Shown piece after piece: positions 11,885 to 26,359 of a stretch of 64,000 nt of DNA. The DNA is from Eledone cirrhosa (taxonomy: Eukaryota). Both the position numbers and the translations under genes were made by a program. Location: assembly GCA_964016885.1 (NCBI GenBank), contig OZ024740.1, positions 162,936,001 through 163,000,000 on the forward strand, given 5' to 3'. Each line of letters begins with the position of its first letter. The stretch's first letter is position 1. The notes under the pieces were generated by a model. It saw nothing but the letters and a program-made list of their open reading frames with translations, was not told where the DNA came from and searched no databases.

Positions 11885-14800
11885 GACTGCACGAGGCAGA
11901 CGTGGACTCTGCAAGCCGTAGTGAAGGCAACCCGTCTAGGAGAGCAGTGACTCCAATTAAAAACAACTGCATGGGGAAGATATGGACCCCGTAAGCCATA
12001 ATGAAGACATCCTCTCAAGGAGAGCAGTGACTCCAATGTTAAAACAACGGCACATAAGCTGTAGTGAAGGCTACCCATCTAGGAGAGTAGACACTCCAAA
12101 TAAAAACTGATACAGGGTGGAGAGGACTCTTATGTCTAGTAAGACAACCTTTCTAGTGTTGGTAGCATGAACAATACACCCAGTCCATGCTGTAAAGTGG
12201 TTGGTGGTAAGAAAGGCATCCAGCCAAAATTATGAAAAGCACGACCAATATGATTTCCCCTAGTTACGAACACAGGGCTAACACCAGTCATGGTAGTGCT
12301 GCATATAGTAGTAGGGTGGCTAGGGTAGTCATGTGCAAGAACCCCTCGACCATCATCAAGCAATTGCACAACCACTTTACCTTTCAGGTACATAGAACCT
12401 CTAACCAAGGAAGTAACAACTGTCAAGGTTCAAATCTCAGGACTGCCACCCTCAATGTTGGTACCCTGAAAGGCAAATCAGGTGAAATTATGGAACTGTT
12501 AGAGAGAAGAGGAGTAGATGTATGTTGTGTACAAGAAGTGAGAGGAGAGGTGCCTCAGTGAGACTAGTCACAGGCAAGCACCTTAGATATAAACTCTACT
12601 GGACAGGAAATGACTATGGGGTCGGAGGTGTAGGCATCTTACTAGCTGAGAAATAGATAGATAAAGTGATAGAGGTAGTTAGAGTAAGTGACAGAATCGT
12701 CAAGCTTGGATTAACTGTAGGAAATAGACTGGTGACAATCACATCTACCTATGCTCCGCAGGCAGGACTGCATAAAGAACAAAAGGACAGGTTCTATGAG
12801 GAACTTTTACAGACAACTTCAGGTATTGACAAAAGAGACTTCATCATCTTGGCAAGCGACTTCAATGGACATGTGAGACTGTACCAGGATGGATTCAGCG
12901 GAGTTTGTGGTGGCTATGGTTATGGCTCAAGGAATGAAGAGGGGCTGCGACTCCTGGAATTTTGTTATGCAAATGAAATAACTATCTGCAACACAAATTT
13001 CAGGAAACTAGCCAACCACCTGATTTTATATCAATCAGGTGAACACAAGCCAAATTGATTACTTACTTGTTAGACAACAAGACAAACGGATTGTAATAAA
13101 TACTAAGGCCTTTCCTGGGGAAGAATGCACTGCCCAGCATACAGTTATTAATGACATCAAAATAAACAAAAGAGAAAACAAGACACACAGGAAAATGGAG
13201 ACTGAGGATGTGGAAGCTAAAGGACCTCTCGGTTAAATATAGGTTTAGAAAGGCCCTACATAATGCACTTGATGAGAGGGATGACAAGCTAGATACATAT
13301 AACATAGAGGACAACTGGAAATTCTTATGCAACAACCTTTTGCAAACTACTGATGAGACTTGCGGCTAAAGTAAATCATCAGCCAGACAGAGAGTAACCT
13401 GGTGCTGGAACAGCACAGTAAATGCAGCCATTAAAGCCAAGAGACAAGCCTGGAAAAATGGGGGTAGCACTGACCGGTACCAAATAGATAAGAAAGAAGC
13501 GAGGCAACAGGTATATACAGCTCAGAGAGAGGCTGAAGAAAGTAAATTTGCCAGTGTCTTGAGAAGTGAGGATCAGAGATGTGAAGTGTTCTGTATTGAA
13601 AGTGTTAGGGGCATCAGTGATGCACTTAGCATCACTGATGCCCCAAAGAAAGAGGCCTGGAAATGTTATGAGAGATTGATGACTGTAGAACTGAATGGGA
13701 GGAAGAGAAACTATCTCCAACTTACTCAAAAGGAAGGACCAGCTACTGAAGTTGATAGTTTTAGGGTCAAAGATGCAATTAAAGAGATGAGAATGGTAAA
13801 GCTGGGAGACCATCAGAAATAGTTGCTGAGATACTAAAAGCATCAGGAGAAATAGAAGTCAAACTAGTAACCCACATAGTCAATCAGGTAATACAGAACG
13901 GAGTCATATCCAATGACTGGCGCAGCAGTACAATCATAAATTGCTATAAGGGCAAAGATGATGCTCGAAAAAAGAGCAACTATAGAGGAATAAAACTAAT
14001 GGACCAAGTTATGAAAGTGACAGAAAGAGTTATAGTGCAGATAATTAGGGAAAGACTCAAAATAGATGAGATGCAGTTTGGTTTCATGCCTGGGAAATGT
14101 ACTACAGATGCCCTCTTTTTAATGAGGCAACTACAAGAGAAGTTCCAAGCCAAACATCTGGTGCTCCTTAAGGAAATTAAGTGTAGAAGAATAGCTTGTG
14201 AGAGCAGTGCAAACTATGTACAGAGGAGCTGTCAATAAAGTGAGAGTAAGAAATGAGTTTAGCAAAAAATTCAAAGTACAGGTAGGAGTTCATCAAGGTT
14301 CAATTCTTAGCCCACTGCTGTTCATCATAGTTCTTCAGATCATAACAGAGGAGTTCAAAATGGGCTGCCCATGGGAACTTTATGCAGATGATTTGGTCCT
14401 TATAGCTGAAACCCAAAAAGAGCTAGAAAAAAAATTCTGATTATGGAAACTGAATTTGGAATGAAAAGGTCTAAGTGTAAATTTAGCCAAAACTAAAGTA
14501 CTAATGAGTAGGAGAGAAGATAGGACCCAGATTCCCCCAGGGAAGTGGCCATGATCAATATGCAGAAAAGGAGTAGGCATAAATTCCAAACAATGTACAC
14601 AATGTAAATCTTGGGTACAGAAAAGATGTAGTGAGATAACGAGTAGATTGACAGGAAGGAAGAACTTTGCTTTTAGAAGATGCACAGGAGAAATCGAGAG
14701 GAAGAGTGCTAATGATATAAACCTTTTCAGGTCACAGGAAGGATCCATAGACATGGTTGATAGCTTTTGCTATTTAGGTGACCTAATTAGCAGTGGAGGA

Positions 14801-15200
14801 GGGTGTGCCGAGAGTATAATAGCTAGAATAAGGATAGGATGGAAGAAGTTTAGAGAACTACTCCCACTGCTGACAACAAAAGGTTTCTCCCGGCGTACAA
14901 AAAGAAGGCTGTATGATATCTGCGTGCAGTGTGTGATGCTGCATGGTAATGGAACATGGGCTGTGACTGTTGAGGACACGTATAGACTGGAGAGGAATGA
15001 AATGACCATGTTTCGTTGGATGTGTAATGTAAATGTAAGAGAAAGGTAGAGCTTGGACAAGCTGAAGGAGAAGCTGGGTTTAAGGGGAATCTGAGATGGT
15101 GTGCAGGAGAGAAGACTGCATTGGCATGGACATGTGATGTGCATTGACAATGACCAATGGGGGAAGAAATGCCAGGAAATCCCAGTGGAAGGATAATCAA
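11885..15200 (+). mobile_element. Near full-length decayed RTE LINE (5' UTR with three ~70-bp repeats, APE endonuclease, RT)
   Basis: ATLNVGTL, CCVQEV, YAPQ, DFNGHV and SQIDY (APE); NYRGIKL, QFGFMPG, GVHQGS and YADD (RT); many stops and frameshifts. Confidence 0.92.
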
Positions 15201-15354
15201 GATTGTTTTCTCTCAGCTACTGCTGGAACAAAAGGATGAAGTTGTTTATCTAAAAAACACACATAGTGTTTATGAGGGGGTATGCTTGAAAACAAACCGA
15301 ATATTAAAAATACTATGATATTATTATTATTCACTCACGAATACATATGTATAT

Positions 15355-15626
15355 CATCATCATCATCATCATCATTTTACGTCCGCTTTTCCCTGCTTGC
15401 AAGGGTGGGACGGGAACTGATTCTGGCTTGATTTCTACAGCTGGATGCCCTTCCTAACACCAACCTCATTTACAGTGAGTGCTGGGTGGTTTTTTTTTTC
15501 CGTGGCGCCTACATGTCCACTTTACAGTGTGGGCTGGGTGCTTTTTTGCCGTGGCACCTCCACGACCACTTTGCAGTGGAATGATAGGGACCCCAGTCCA
15601 ACCATCTCATTTCTACAGCTGAGTAA

Positions 15627-15627
<1 letters not shown>
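15355..15627 (-). mobile_element. 5'-truncated SINE with RTE-derived tail
   Basis: Reverse complement of the body and tail of 25173-25515, ending in (GAT)n. Confidence 0.85.
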
Positions 15628-15701
<74 letters not shown>

Positions 15702-16689
15702 TGTGTGTGTGCGTGTGTGTGTGTATGTGTGTGTCATCATCATTTAATGCTCCTGTTAGCAAGGGTTGAACAGGTCATCTCAGACCGAGTCAGACATAGA
15801 ACTAATAACCTTACAGACAAGCTAGAGGCAGCATTTTGCTTTCATAAATTTCCCCAAACTACAGAGCGTACTGGGTGTATTTTATTATGACACAAGTCCT
15901 AGTGAGGCTGTCATGTCTTTGTTACAACTGAAGAACCATTTCAACCCTTTGTTTGGCAAGTTTTCTGTGGTTGAATGCCCTTCTCAACATCAACCACATT
16001 ACATGTGTATATAGTGTTGTGTTATGCACATAAAAACACACACACTATATATATCTCATGATGATGATGATGATAAACACATATATATATACTTGCTGTG
16101 GGTATTTGGTTTACAATAAATACACCATATCCTTGTTTGTCATAAGAGGGAACTAAAAACATTGGCTCTGGAATGAACATCCAGCTGTAAAACATTGCAT
16201 CATAACTAAGCCATAAAAAATAATCACAGGAGAAATACATGTTTAACCCATTTAATAACAACTTCGCCTGAAACTGCCTCTATGATTTAAGGCTTATTAT
16301 TTTAAACTATTCATATTTAAATTAAAACTATCCTTTTCTTAAGTAATATTTCAAACATCAGCTTAATAATGAAAAAGTTAAGTTCTCTAACTAAATCCCT
16401 CCAATTTCTTCATTATTTAAAAAATAAATTGCAACTCAAGGGTTAAGTATTTCATGAGAAATATGGTAACAAAATGATTAATGTTTTCCAAACTCAAAGC
16501 AAACATTAAAACCTATAAAGACAAATACACCAGAAGTAGTGAAAATATGTACCAGTGATATCTATGCATTCTTTAAAAGCATTAGTAATGTAAGTGAATT
16601 GGTTCTAATTAATTATTAGGACTGCGTTATGGATCTAGTTAATTAAGAATGTACAACTAATCATCAGGACTCTTCACAAAAGTTTATAG

Positions 16690-16834
16690 CAGTCATGGGC
16701 AAAATGCGGCCTGTTTGGGTTTTGAAATGGCATGCCTGATTTCAAAATTGCCTGGATTTTTTTAGTAGTGCAGCCTGCCCTATGATGATTCACATCCCAT
16801 GTGGCCCACTGCTCGAAAAGGTTATTCGTGCCTA
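16690..16834. mobile_element. hAT-like MITE
   Basis: 8-bp duplication GTTTATAG at 16682-16689 and 16835-16842; left end CAGTCATGGGCAA..GCGGCC is hAT-like; right end is diverged. Confidence 0.65.
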
Positions 16835-17254
16835 GTTTATAGGCATAATGATTTCTTTTGACTATGTTCAAGGTCACAGACATAGTTGTGAAGGGAATGA
16901 GTTCACTTCACAGCTACATAGTATCAGTTTTAAACTCACTGTGTTGTACCTTGTACCTTGATCAAGTGTCTTCTACCATAATCTTAATTTGACTAATGCA
17001 TTATGAGGGAAATTTGGTAGATTGAAATTGTGCCAAAGCCTGTCATATACACATATAGATTCATAGTACCACACAGATATGGTGAATGAATGCATTCAAT
17101 ATGGTGAAATAGAGTGGAATAATATTTATTCAAAAGTGAGTCAGTGTGAGACACTTCTCACGGTTTCGCAATCCCAATCCTCAGTTGTCAGAAGATTAGG
17201 ATCATGAGATTCCAAATAGCGACTCACACAGATTCACTTTTCAATATGAAGACA

Positions 17255-17425
17255 TGTGGCCGAGTGGTTAAGGTGTTCGACTCATGATCATAAGGTTGTG
17301 GGTTCAATTCCCAGACTGGATGAGGTGCTGTGTCTTTCAGCAAGGTGCTTTATTTCATATATATATAATAAAAAAATGTCTAAACCCATGCTAGCGTGGA
17401 AGATAGACGTTAAACGACGATGATG
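17255..17425 (+). mobile_element. Short tRNA-head SINE with RTE-type tail
   Basis: A box TGGCCGAGTGG, B box GGTTCAATTCC, tail aacccatgctagcgtgg..gacgttaaacgacgatgatg. Confidence 0.75.
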
Positions 17426-17450
17426 AATACTGGTGGTTTAGTTCGGATTG

Positions 17451-17509
<59 letters not shown>

Positions 17510-17916
17510 GTATGCATGTGTATATATATATTTCCACTCACTCACTCACTGTTTCTCCTCTCCTCACTTCACCCCGTTCGCAACGAAAGCAATTTCTCTC
17601 TTTCTCACATTGCATTCGTTCGCGAAAGGTCTTTTTTCTAAGCGCTCATATATTCACCTAGCTTATGCTAACAGAATAACTATGAAGCTTGTTTCCTTCC
17701 TTCTACGGTTAGCTCTACTCTTTGTTGTTTTCCTGTCTCACTCGCTTTACGCGTTTTAATTGTCCTAATAACTTAATTTAGTTATTATTGCACCGATGTG
17801 AGGTATATGATTTTTAATGCAATGAAATATCTATGATCGTCGGCAAATCACTGATGAGGGACTTATTTTATTACATGTTATCCATGTGCTACCAGCAGTA
17901 TTTTTCTCCCCATTTT

Positions 17917-18037
<121 letters not shown>

Positions 18038-19362
18038 TATATATATATAGATAATTTAATATATCTACTAACATAAGCGCACAGATGTACGCCAATGCCA
18101 GCAAATACACAGGTTATGTCATAGTACCTAGGTGGTTCGATGCAGGAGAATGCAGAACAATAATATAAAAGACGTAAAATAAGAAAATTTTTTAAAAATT
18201 AACTTACTTACTTAAATTTTCACTCCAACTAATTAGTTTCTGCAATGGGATAAAGACAGTTACGTAATGAACCGTTGAGAATTTCATTGCGTCATCAGGG
18301 AGGTCATTCTCAGCCGAGTCTCCAGGCGATGCGCGGACACTGGCGACTCATATAAAAATAATAATAATTCGGTAAATGGAACAGCTATCGAGGACTGGAT
18401 TCCAGCTACTGAAAATTCTCACTGCCACTGATCATATGGCCGATTCTAAGGAATCAATCACGTGACGCAGAGGCTAGTCAGTAGGAATGGGGTGGTAAGA
18501 TGACAAGCGCCTACTAACACCCCCCAAAAAATTTTTTAGAAGTGGTTTTGGCAGGTTTGCTCGACAAATCAGTGATTTGGAGATAAATATAGATAATTTA
18601 ATATATCTACTAACATAAGCGCACAGATGTACGCCAATGCCAGCAAATACACAGGTTATGTCATAGTACCTAGGTGGTTCGATGCAGAACAATAATATAA
18701 AAGACGTAAAATAAGAAAATAAAAAAAAAAAAAAAAAAAAAAAATTAACTTACTTAAATTTTCACTCCAACTAATTAGTTTCTGCAATGGGATAAAGACA
18801 GTTACGTAATGAACCGTTGAGAATTTCATTGCGTCATCAGGGAGGTCATTCTCAGCCGAGTCTCCAGAAACTAATTAGTTGGAGTGAAAATTTAAGTAAG
18901 TAAGTTAATTTTTTTTTTTAATTTTTTTTAAAAATTTTCTTATTTTACGTCTTTTATATTATTGTTCTGCATTCTCCTGCATCGAACCACCTAGGTACTA
19001 TGACATAACCTGTGTATTTGCTGGCATTGGCGTACATCTGTGCGCTTATGTTAGTAGATATATTAAATTATCTATATTTATCTCCAAATCACTGATTTGT
19101 CGAGCAAACCTGCCAAAACCACTTCTAAAAATTTTTTTTTGGGGGTGTTAGTAGGCGCTTGTCATCTTACCACCCCATTCCTACTGACTAGCCTCTGTGT
19201 CACGTGATTGATTCTTTAGAATCGGCCATATGATCAGTGGCAGTGAGAATTTTCAGTAGCTGGAATCCAGTCCTCGATAGCTGTTCCATTTACCGAATTA
19301 TTATTATTTTTATACGAGTCGCCAGTGTCCGCGCATCGCCTGGAGACTCGGCTGAGAATGAC

Positions 19363-19442
19363 CTCCCTGATGACGCAATGAAATTCTCAACGGTTCATTA
19401 CGTAACTGTCTTTATCCCATTGCAGAAACTAATTAGTTGGAG
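19363..19442 (+). ncRNA. Type I hammerhead ribozyme, family D (long helix II loop, palindromic helix III)
   Basis: CTCC-CTGATGA-C GCAATG [37 nt] CATTGC A-GAAA-CTAATTAG-TT^GGAG. Confidence 0.88.
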
Positions 19443-19650
19443 TGAAAATTTAAGTAAGTTAATTTTTTTTTTTTATTTTTTTTAAAAATTTTCTTATTTT
19501 ACGTCTTTTATATTATTGTTCTGCATTCTCCTGCATCGAACCACCTAGGTACTATGACATAACCTGTGTATTTGCTGGCATTGGCGTACAATTATTTTTT
19601 AATAAGTTTCCAGTGTCCTCGCTTTGCCTGGAAACTTACATGAGAATAGA

Positions 19651-19731
19651 CTTTCCTGACGACGGAATGCTTCTTTATATTATTCTTCGGAAAATATATT
19701 TACTCCATTCCAGAAACTAATTAGTTGGAAG
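19651..19731 (+). ncRNA. Type I hammerhead ribozyme, diverged family D
   Basis: CTTTC-CTGACGA-C GGAATG [loop] CATTCC A-GAAA-CTAATTAG-TT^GGAAG; compensatory change in helix II relative to 19363-19442. Confidence 0.85.
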
Positions 19732-19920
19732 TGATATTTTAGTAAGTAAGTTAATTTTATAATTTTCTTATTTTACGTCTCTTATATTATTGTTCTGCAA
19801 CCCCATGCATTGAACCACACTGTTATTAAGACAAAACCTATATATTTGCTAGCATTGATATGCATCTGTATGTATATATATGTTACTAGATATGAATTCT
19901 TTATTATATATATATATATA

Positions 19921-20281
19921 TATATTGTTATACTTTGGGAGGGTCATGTTGCCAATAAGAAACACACGCACCAGTTGCTTTCACTTCAATTTATTATATA
20001 TTTATAAATTTATAAATTTACAAATTTACAAACTTATAAATTTCTGGTTGGTTGGTTGGTTCCACAACCAGATAGTTGTTTATATATATATAGTCATAGT
20101 CCTTTCGTCACACACTCTGTGTATAAATTTACATTATAAATTTATAAATATATAATAAATTGAAGTGAAAGCAACTGGTGCGTGTGTTTCTTATTGGCAA
20201 CATGACCCTCCCAAAGTATAACAATATCGGTTTCAACACACGATTTCAGATAAAGAATCTTGCTAAACAAATTCAGAAACG
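19921..20281. mobile_element. Foldback solo copy of the 3' terminal repeat (pLTR) of the Penelope-like element at 53340-57142
   Basis: 19921-20121 is the reverse complement of about 56903-57088; 20122-20281 matches about 56980-57142 directly. Confidence 0.9.
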
Positions 20282-20309
20282 ATATATATATATAGTTATA
20301 TATATATAG

Positions 20310-20362
<53 letters not shown>

Positions 20363-20741
20363 TATATATATAGTTATATATATATATAGTTATATATATA
20401 TAACTGTATATATATAGTTATATATATATAACTATATATATATAGTTATATATATATAACTATATATATATAGTTATATATATATAACTATATATATATA
20501 GTTATATATATATAACTATATATATATAGTTATATATATATATAACTGTATATATATAGTTATATATATATATAACTGTATATATATAGTTATATATATA
20601 TATAACTGTATATATATAGTTATATATATATATAACTGTATATATATAGTTATATATATATATAACTGTATATATATAGTTATATATATATATAACTGTA
20701 TATATATAGTTATATATATATATATATAGTTATATATATAG

Positions 20742-20784
<43 letters not shown>

Positions 20785-20795
20785 TATATATATAG

Positions 20796-20930
<135 letters not shown>

Positions 20931-20937
20931 TATATAG

Positions 20938-21020
<83 letters not shown>

Positions 21021-21073
21021 TATATATATATATATATATATATAGTTATATATATATATATATATATATATAG

Positions 21074-21162
<89 letters not shown>

Positions 21163-21174
21163 TATATATATAGT

Positions 21175-21205
<31 letters not shown>

Positions 21206-21286
21206 ATATATATATATAGTTATATATATATATATATATAGTTATATATATATATATATATAGTTATATATATATATATATATAGT

Positions 21287-21332
<46 letters not shown>

Positions 21333-21856
21333 ACTATATATATGTATATAAAACTATATATATATATATATATAACTATATATATATATATATATAACTA
21401 TATATATATATATATAACTATATATATGTATATAAAACTATATATATATATATATAACTATATATATGTATATAAAACTATATATATATATATAAAACTA
21501 TATATATATATATAAAACTATATATATGTATATAAAACTATATATATATAAAACTATATATATATATATAAAACTATATATATATATATATAACTATATA
21601 TATATATATAACTATATATATATATATAACTATATATATATATATAACTATATATATATATAACTATATATATATATATATAACTATATATATATATAAC
21701 TATATATATATATATATAACTATATATATATAACTATATATAGTTATATATATATATATATATAGTTATATATATATATATATAGTTATATATATATATA
21801 TATAGTTATATATATATATATATAGTTATATATATATAGTTATATATATATATATA

Positions 21857-21914
<58 letters not shown>

Positions 21915-21944
21915 TATAGTTATATATATATATATATATATATC

Positions 21945-22217
21945 TATCTATCTAAGGCGGGTAAAATTCCCGAGATCCATGGACGAGTTCTCTCCAGCGG
22001 TCTCTGTCCCTCATTATCACTGCCATATCCTGCATCTCCAACAGACCAGTGTCTGTCCTTAGGGCATCAACATATGTTAACCTTGGTCTTCCTCTTCTAG
22101 TGTGTCCATGTAGGGGCTCCCAAAGGAGCACTGAGTGCAATGTCAACTCTGGATGTCGGTGAGCATGTCCAGCCAACCTCAGTCTCCTCTGTGTCACTTT
22201 TGAGCTGACTTTTGGGA
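21945..22217 (-). mobile_element. 3' end of a different RTE-group LINE inserted in (TA)n
   Basis: ORF 21952-22197: [33 protein letters not shown]; followed by (TAGA)n. Confidence 0.8.
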
Positions 22218-22232
22218 TATATATATATATAG

Positions 22233-22283
<51 letters not shown>

Positions 22284-22785
22284 TATATATATAGTTTTAT
22301 ATATATATATATATATATATAGTTATATATATAACTATATATATATATATATATAACTATATATATATAACTATATATATATATATATAACTATATATAT
22401 ATAACTATATATATATATATAACTATATATATATAACTATATATATATATATATATATATAACTATATATATATAACTATATATATATATAACTATATAT
22501 ATATAACTATATATATATATATATATATAACTATATATATATATATAACTATATATATATATATATATAAAACTATATATATATATATATATATATAAAA
22601 CTATATATATATAGAAAACTATATATATATAAAACTATATATATATAACTATGACTATATATATATATATATATAACTATAACTATATATATATATATAA
22701 CAATATATATATATATATATATAACTATATATATATATATAACTATATATAACTATATATATATATATAACTATATATAACTATA

Positions 22786-23134
22786 TCATCATTTCATCAT
22801 CATCATTTCATTTTACGTCCCCTTTTTCCCTGCTTGCAAGGGTGGGACGGGAACTGATTCTGGCTTGATTTCTACAGCTGGATGCCCTTCCTAACACCAA
22901 CCTCATTTACAGTGAGTGGTGGGTACTTTTTTGCCGTGGCACCTCCACGACCACTTTGCAGTGGAATGATAGGGACCCCAGTCCCTATCATCTCATTTCT
23001 ACAGCTGAGTAAACTGGAGCAATGTGAAATAAAGTGTCTTGCTCAAGGAAACAACACATCACCCGGTCTGAGAATTGAACTCACAACCTTTCGATTGCAA
23101 GGCCAATGCTCTAACCACTAAGCCATGTGCCTCC
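22786..23134 (-). mobile_element. Full-length tRNA-head SINE with RTE tail
   Basis: Near-exact reverse complement of 25173-25515. Confidence 0.9.
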
Positions 23135-23587
23135 ATATAACTATATATATATATAACTATATATAACTATATATATATAACTATATATAACTATATATAT
23201 ATATAACTATATATATATAACTATATATATCTATATATATATATATAACTATATATATATAACTATATATATATATCTATATATATATAACTATGTATAT
23301 ATATATAACTATATATATAACTATATATATATATATAACTATATATATAACTATATATATATAACTATATATATATATATATAACTATATATATAACTAT
23401 ATATATATAACTATATATATATATATAACTATATATATAACTATATATATATATAACTATATATATATATATAACTATATATATAACTATATATATATAT
23501 ATATATATATAACTATATATATATATAACTATATATATATAACTATATATATATATATAACTATATATATATAACTATATATATATA

Positions 23588-23628
<41 letters not shown>

Positions 23629-23773
23629 CTATATATATATATATATATATAATTATATATATATATATATAACTATATATATATATATATAACTATATAT
23701 ATATATATATAACTATATATATATATATATAACTATATATATATAACTATATGTATATATATATAACTATATG

Positions 23774-23828
<55 letters not shown>

Positions 23829-23842
23829 CTATATATATATAT

Positions 23843-25127
23843 ACTTGGCCTTTGTTGACCTAGAGAAGGCCTTTGATAGGGTACACCGATCTGTCATCTG
23901 GTGGTCCCTAAGGAAGCTGGGTGTTGAGGAATGGCTTGTAAGGACAGTGCAAACTTTGTACAGAGGTACTCTCAGTAAAGTCAGGGTAGGAATGGAGTTT
24001 AGTGAGGAATTCCAGATACAAGTAGGAGTACATCAGGGTTCGGTCCTCAGCCCGCTCTTGTTCATTATAGTCCTCCAAGCCATAACAGAGGAGTTTAAGA
24101 CTGGCTGTCCATGGGAACTTCTCTATGCTGACGATCTGGCTCTTATGGCAGAATCAGTAGAGGAGCTAGAGAATAAATTCCGGCTATGGAAACAGCAGTT
24201 GGAAGCAAGAGGACTGAGAGTAAATCTAGCTAAGACAAAAGTGTTGATGAGTAGAAAAGAGGACAAAACCCTGATTCCGTCAGGGAAATGGCCATGTTCG
24301 ATATGCAGAAAAGGAACTGGCATAAATTCTATAAAATGCACACAATGTAGGTCCTGGGTACACAAGAGATGTAGCGGGATAGCAGGCAAACTAACAGGTA
24401 GGGAGAAATATGTATGCAGTAGATGTACAGGGAAATTAGACAGTAGAAGTCGCACTGATAGACACATTTTTCAAATGCGAGAGGACGCTATAGAAGTGGT
24501 GGATAGCTTCCGGTACCTAGGAGATCAGATTAGCATGGGAGGAGGGTGTTCCGAGGCCATAGTATCTAGAATAAGGACGGGTTGGAAGAAGTTTAGGGAG
24601 CTGCTTCCTCTGTTGACGAAGAAGGGTTTCTCCCTGCGTACGAAAGGCCGGTTGTATGATGCCTGTGTGAGGAGCGCGATGCTGCATGGTAGTGAGACAT
24701 GGGCAGCTACCGCAGAAGATATGCAACGGCTGGAGAGAAATGAGGCAAGCATGCTCCGTTGGATGTGCAGTGTAAATGTGCGTGAACGACCCAGCATAAA
24801 TGTGTTGAGAGAGAAACTGTGTCTGAGAGGGATAGAATGTAGTGTACGGGAGAGGAGACTGAGGTGGTATGGACATGTGATGCGCATGGAGGATGACCGA
24901 TGGGTGAAGAAGTGCCAGGAAATGCCAGTTGAAGGAAGACGTGGTAGAGGTAGACCACGAAAAACATGGGCGGAGGTGGTGAGAACAGACCTCAGATCAT
25001 TGAAGCTCACGGTGGAGATGACGAGGGACCGTGACGAGTGGAGAGATGCTGTGCTGAATAAGACCCGTCCCACCCTTGCAAGCAGGGAAAAGCGGACGTA
25101 AAATGATGATGATGATGATGATGATGA
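23843..25127 (+). mobile_element. Young 5'-truncated RTE LINE (uninterrupted 418-aa RT C-terminal ORF)
   Basis: AFVDLEKAFD, GVHQGSVLSP, YADD, Cys-rich insert, FRYLG, GRPRKTW; stop codon directly before the (GAT)n tail. Confidence 0.95.
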
Positions 25128-25172
25128 TATATATATATATATATATATAACTATATGTATATATATATATAT

Positions 25173-25515
25173 GGAGGCACATGGCTTAGTGGTTAGAGCA
25201 TTGGCCTTGCAATCGAAAGGTTGTGAGTTCAATTCTCAGACCGGGTGATGTGTTGTTTCCTTGAGCAAGACACTTTATTTCACATTGCTCCAGTTTACTC
25301 AGCTGTAGAAATGAGATGATAGGGACTGGGGTCCATATCATTCCACTGCAAAGTGGTCGTGCAGGTGCCACGGCAAAAAAGCACCCAGCACTCACTGTAA
25401 ATGAGGTTGGTGTTAGGAAGGGCATCCAGCTGTAGAAATCAAGCCAGAATCAGTTCCCGTCCCACCCTTGCAAGCAGGGAAAAAGTGGACGTTAAATGAA
25501 ATGATGATGAAATGA
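25173..25515 (+). mobile_element. Full-length tRNA-head SINE with RTE tail
   Basis: A box TGGCTTAGTGG, B box GTTCAATTC; tail cccgtcccacccttgcaagcagggaaaa matches the RTE end at 25064-25090. Confidence 0.9.
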
Positions 25516-25531
25516 TATATATATATATATA

Positions 25532-26270
25532 TATGTTATTACTCCAAGGACCTAACTTATCGAGTGCTTTGCTAACTCATCATTTCATATAAGTAGGCCG
25601 AATTTGCTTGCAAACCGCCTGAGATTCGATTTTACTAAATTTCCAATTATATTATTCTCCTAGATTTAATAATTAACTAATTAATTTAATTAGACAATTC
25701 TGTTGATTGGTTAATTATTTGTGTTTGTTTTATAACATCTAGTCGAGAGCTTATCATGATGATTAGCGGAAATTAAAATATTTCCTTTGTCTAACATTTT
25801 GAATGACCTGCCAAAAACCGGGGGTTATTTCCCTTGCTGGAATTAACACGTGACAGCTATAGATATGATACGCGCTGCATCTAGCAGCAACATTTAGCCT
25901 ATCACCCCTGTTCTGGGTAGAACTAAAAGCCTGTTGAAAAACTGAATACTCCGTTCGATCATGAATACCACGAGCTTGCCAGTCACGTAAGTCTGATATT
26001 TGATTTTGGATTCAAAGAAACACTTTAAACGTATAATCGTTTGATTTGTCCAGGTGTATTTTTCTCAACCTGTTAGTTCTATCGTTACTTTGGTATATTA
26101 TTGTGTGTTAGATTTTGTCTACCACAATGTTCGATTTGTCAAGCTATTTAAACGTATGTTATTACTCTAAGGACCTAACTTATCGAGTGCTTTGCTAACT
26201 CATCATTTCATATAAGTAGGCCGAATTTGCTTGCAAACCGCCAGAGATTCGATTTTACTAAATTTCCAAT
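25532..26270. repeat. Unclassified element with ~115-bp direct terminal repeats (period 623 bp)
   Basis: 25532-25647 is repeated at 26155-26270 with about 2 mismatches; flanked by (TA)n on both sides. Confidence 0.8.
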
Positions 26271-26359
26271 ATATATATATATATAAAACTATATATATAT
26301 ATATATATATATAACGAAAATGTACGACCCCCACTATATCCGTCGGGGTCATACCTTTT

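Larger units (their letters stand above)
18047..19910. repeat. Family D: ~542-bp hammerhead-containing partial tandem repeat with central inversion, plus a diverged third variant
   Basis: Minus arm 18047-18867 has HHRs 542 bp apart (18223-18302, 18765-18844). Plus arm 18865-19590; diverged copy about 19590-19910. Confidence 0.9.

Noticed and set aside
17845-17890. Conserved CACTGAYGA in the 10850/17570 repeat family read as a hammerhead
   Set aside because: No compatible helix II-GAAA-helix III arrangement found in either copy.
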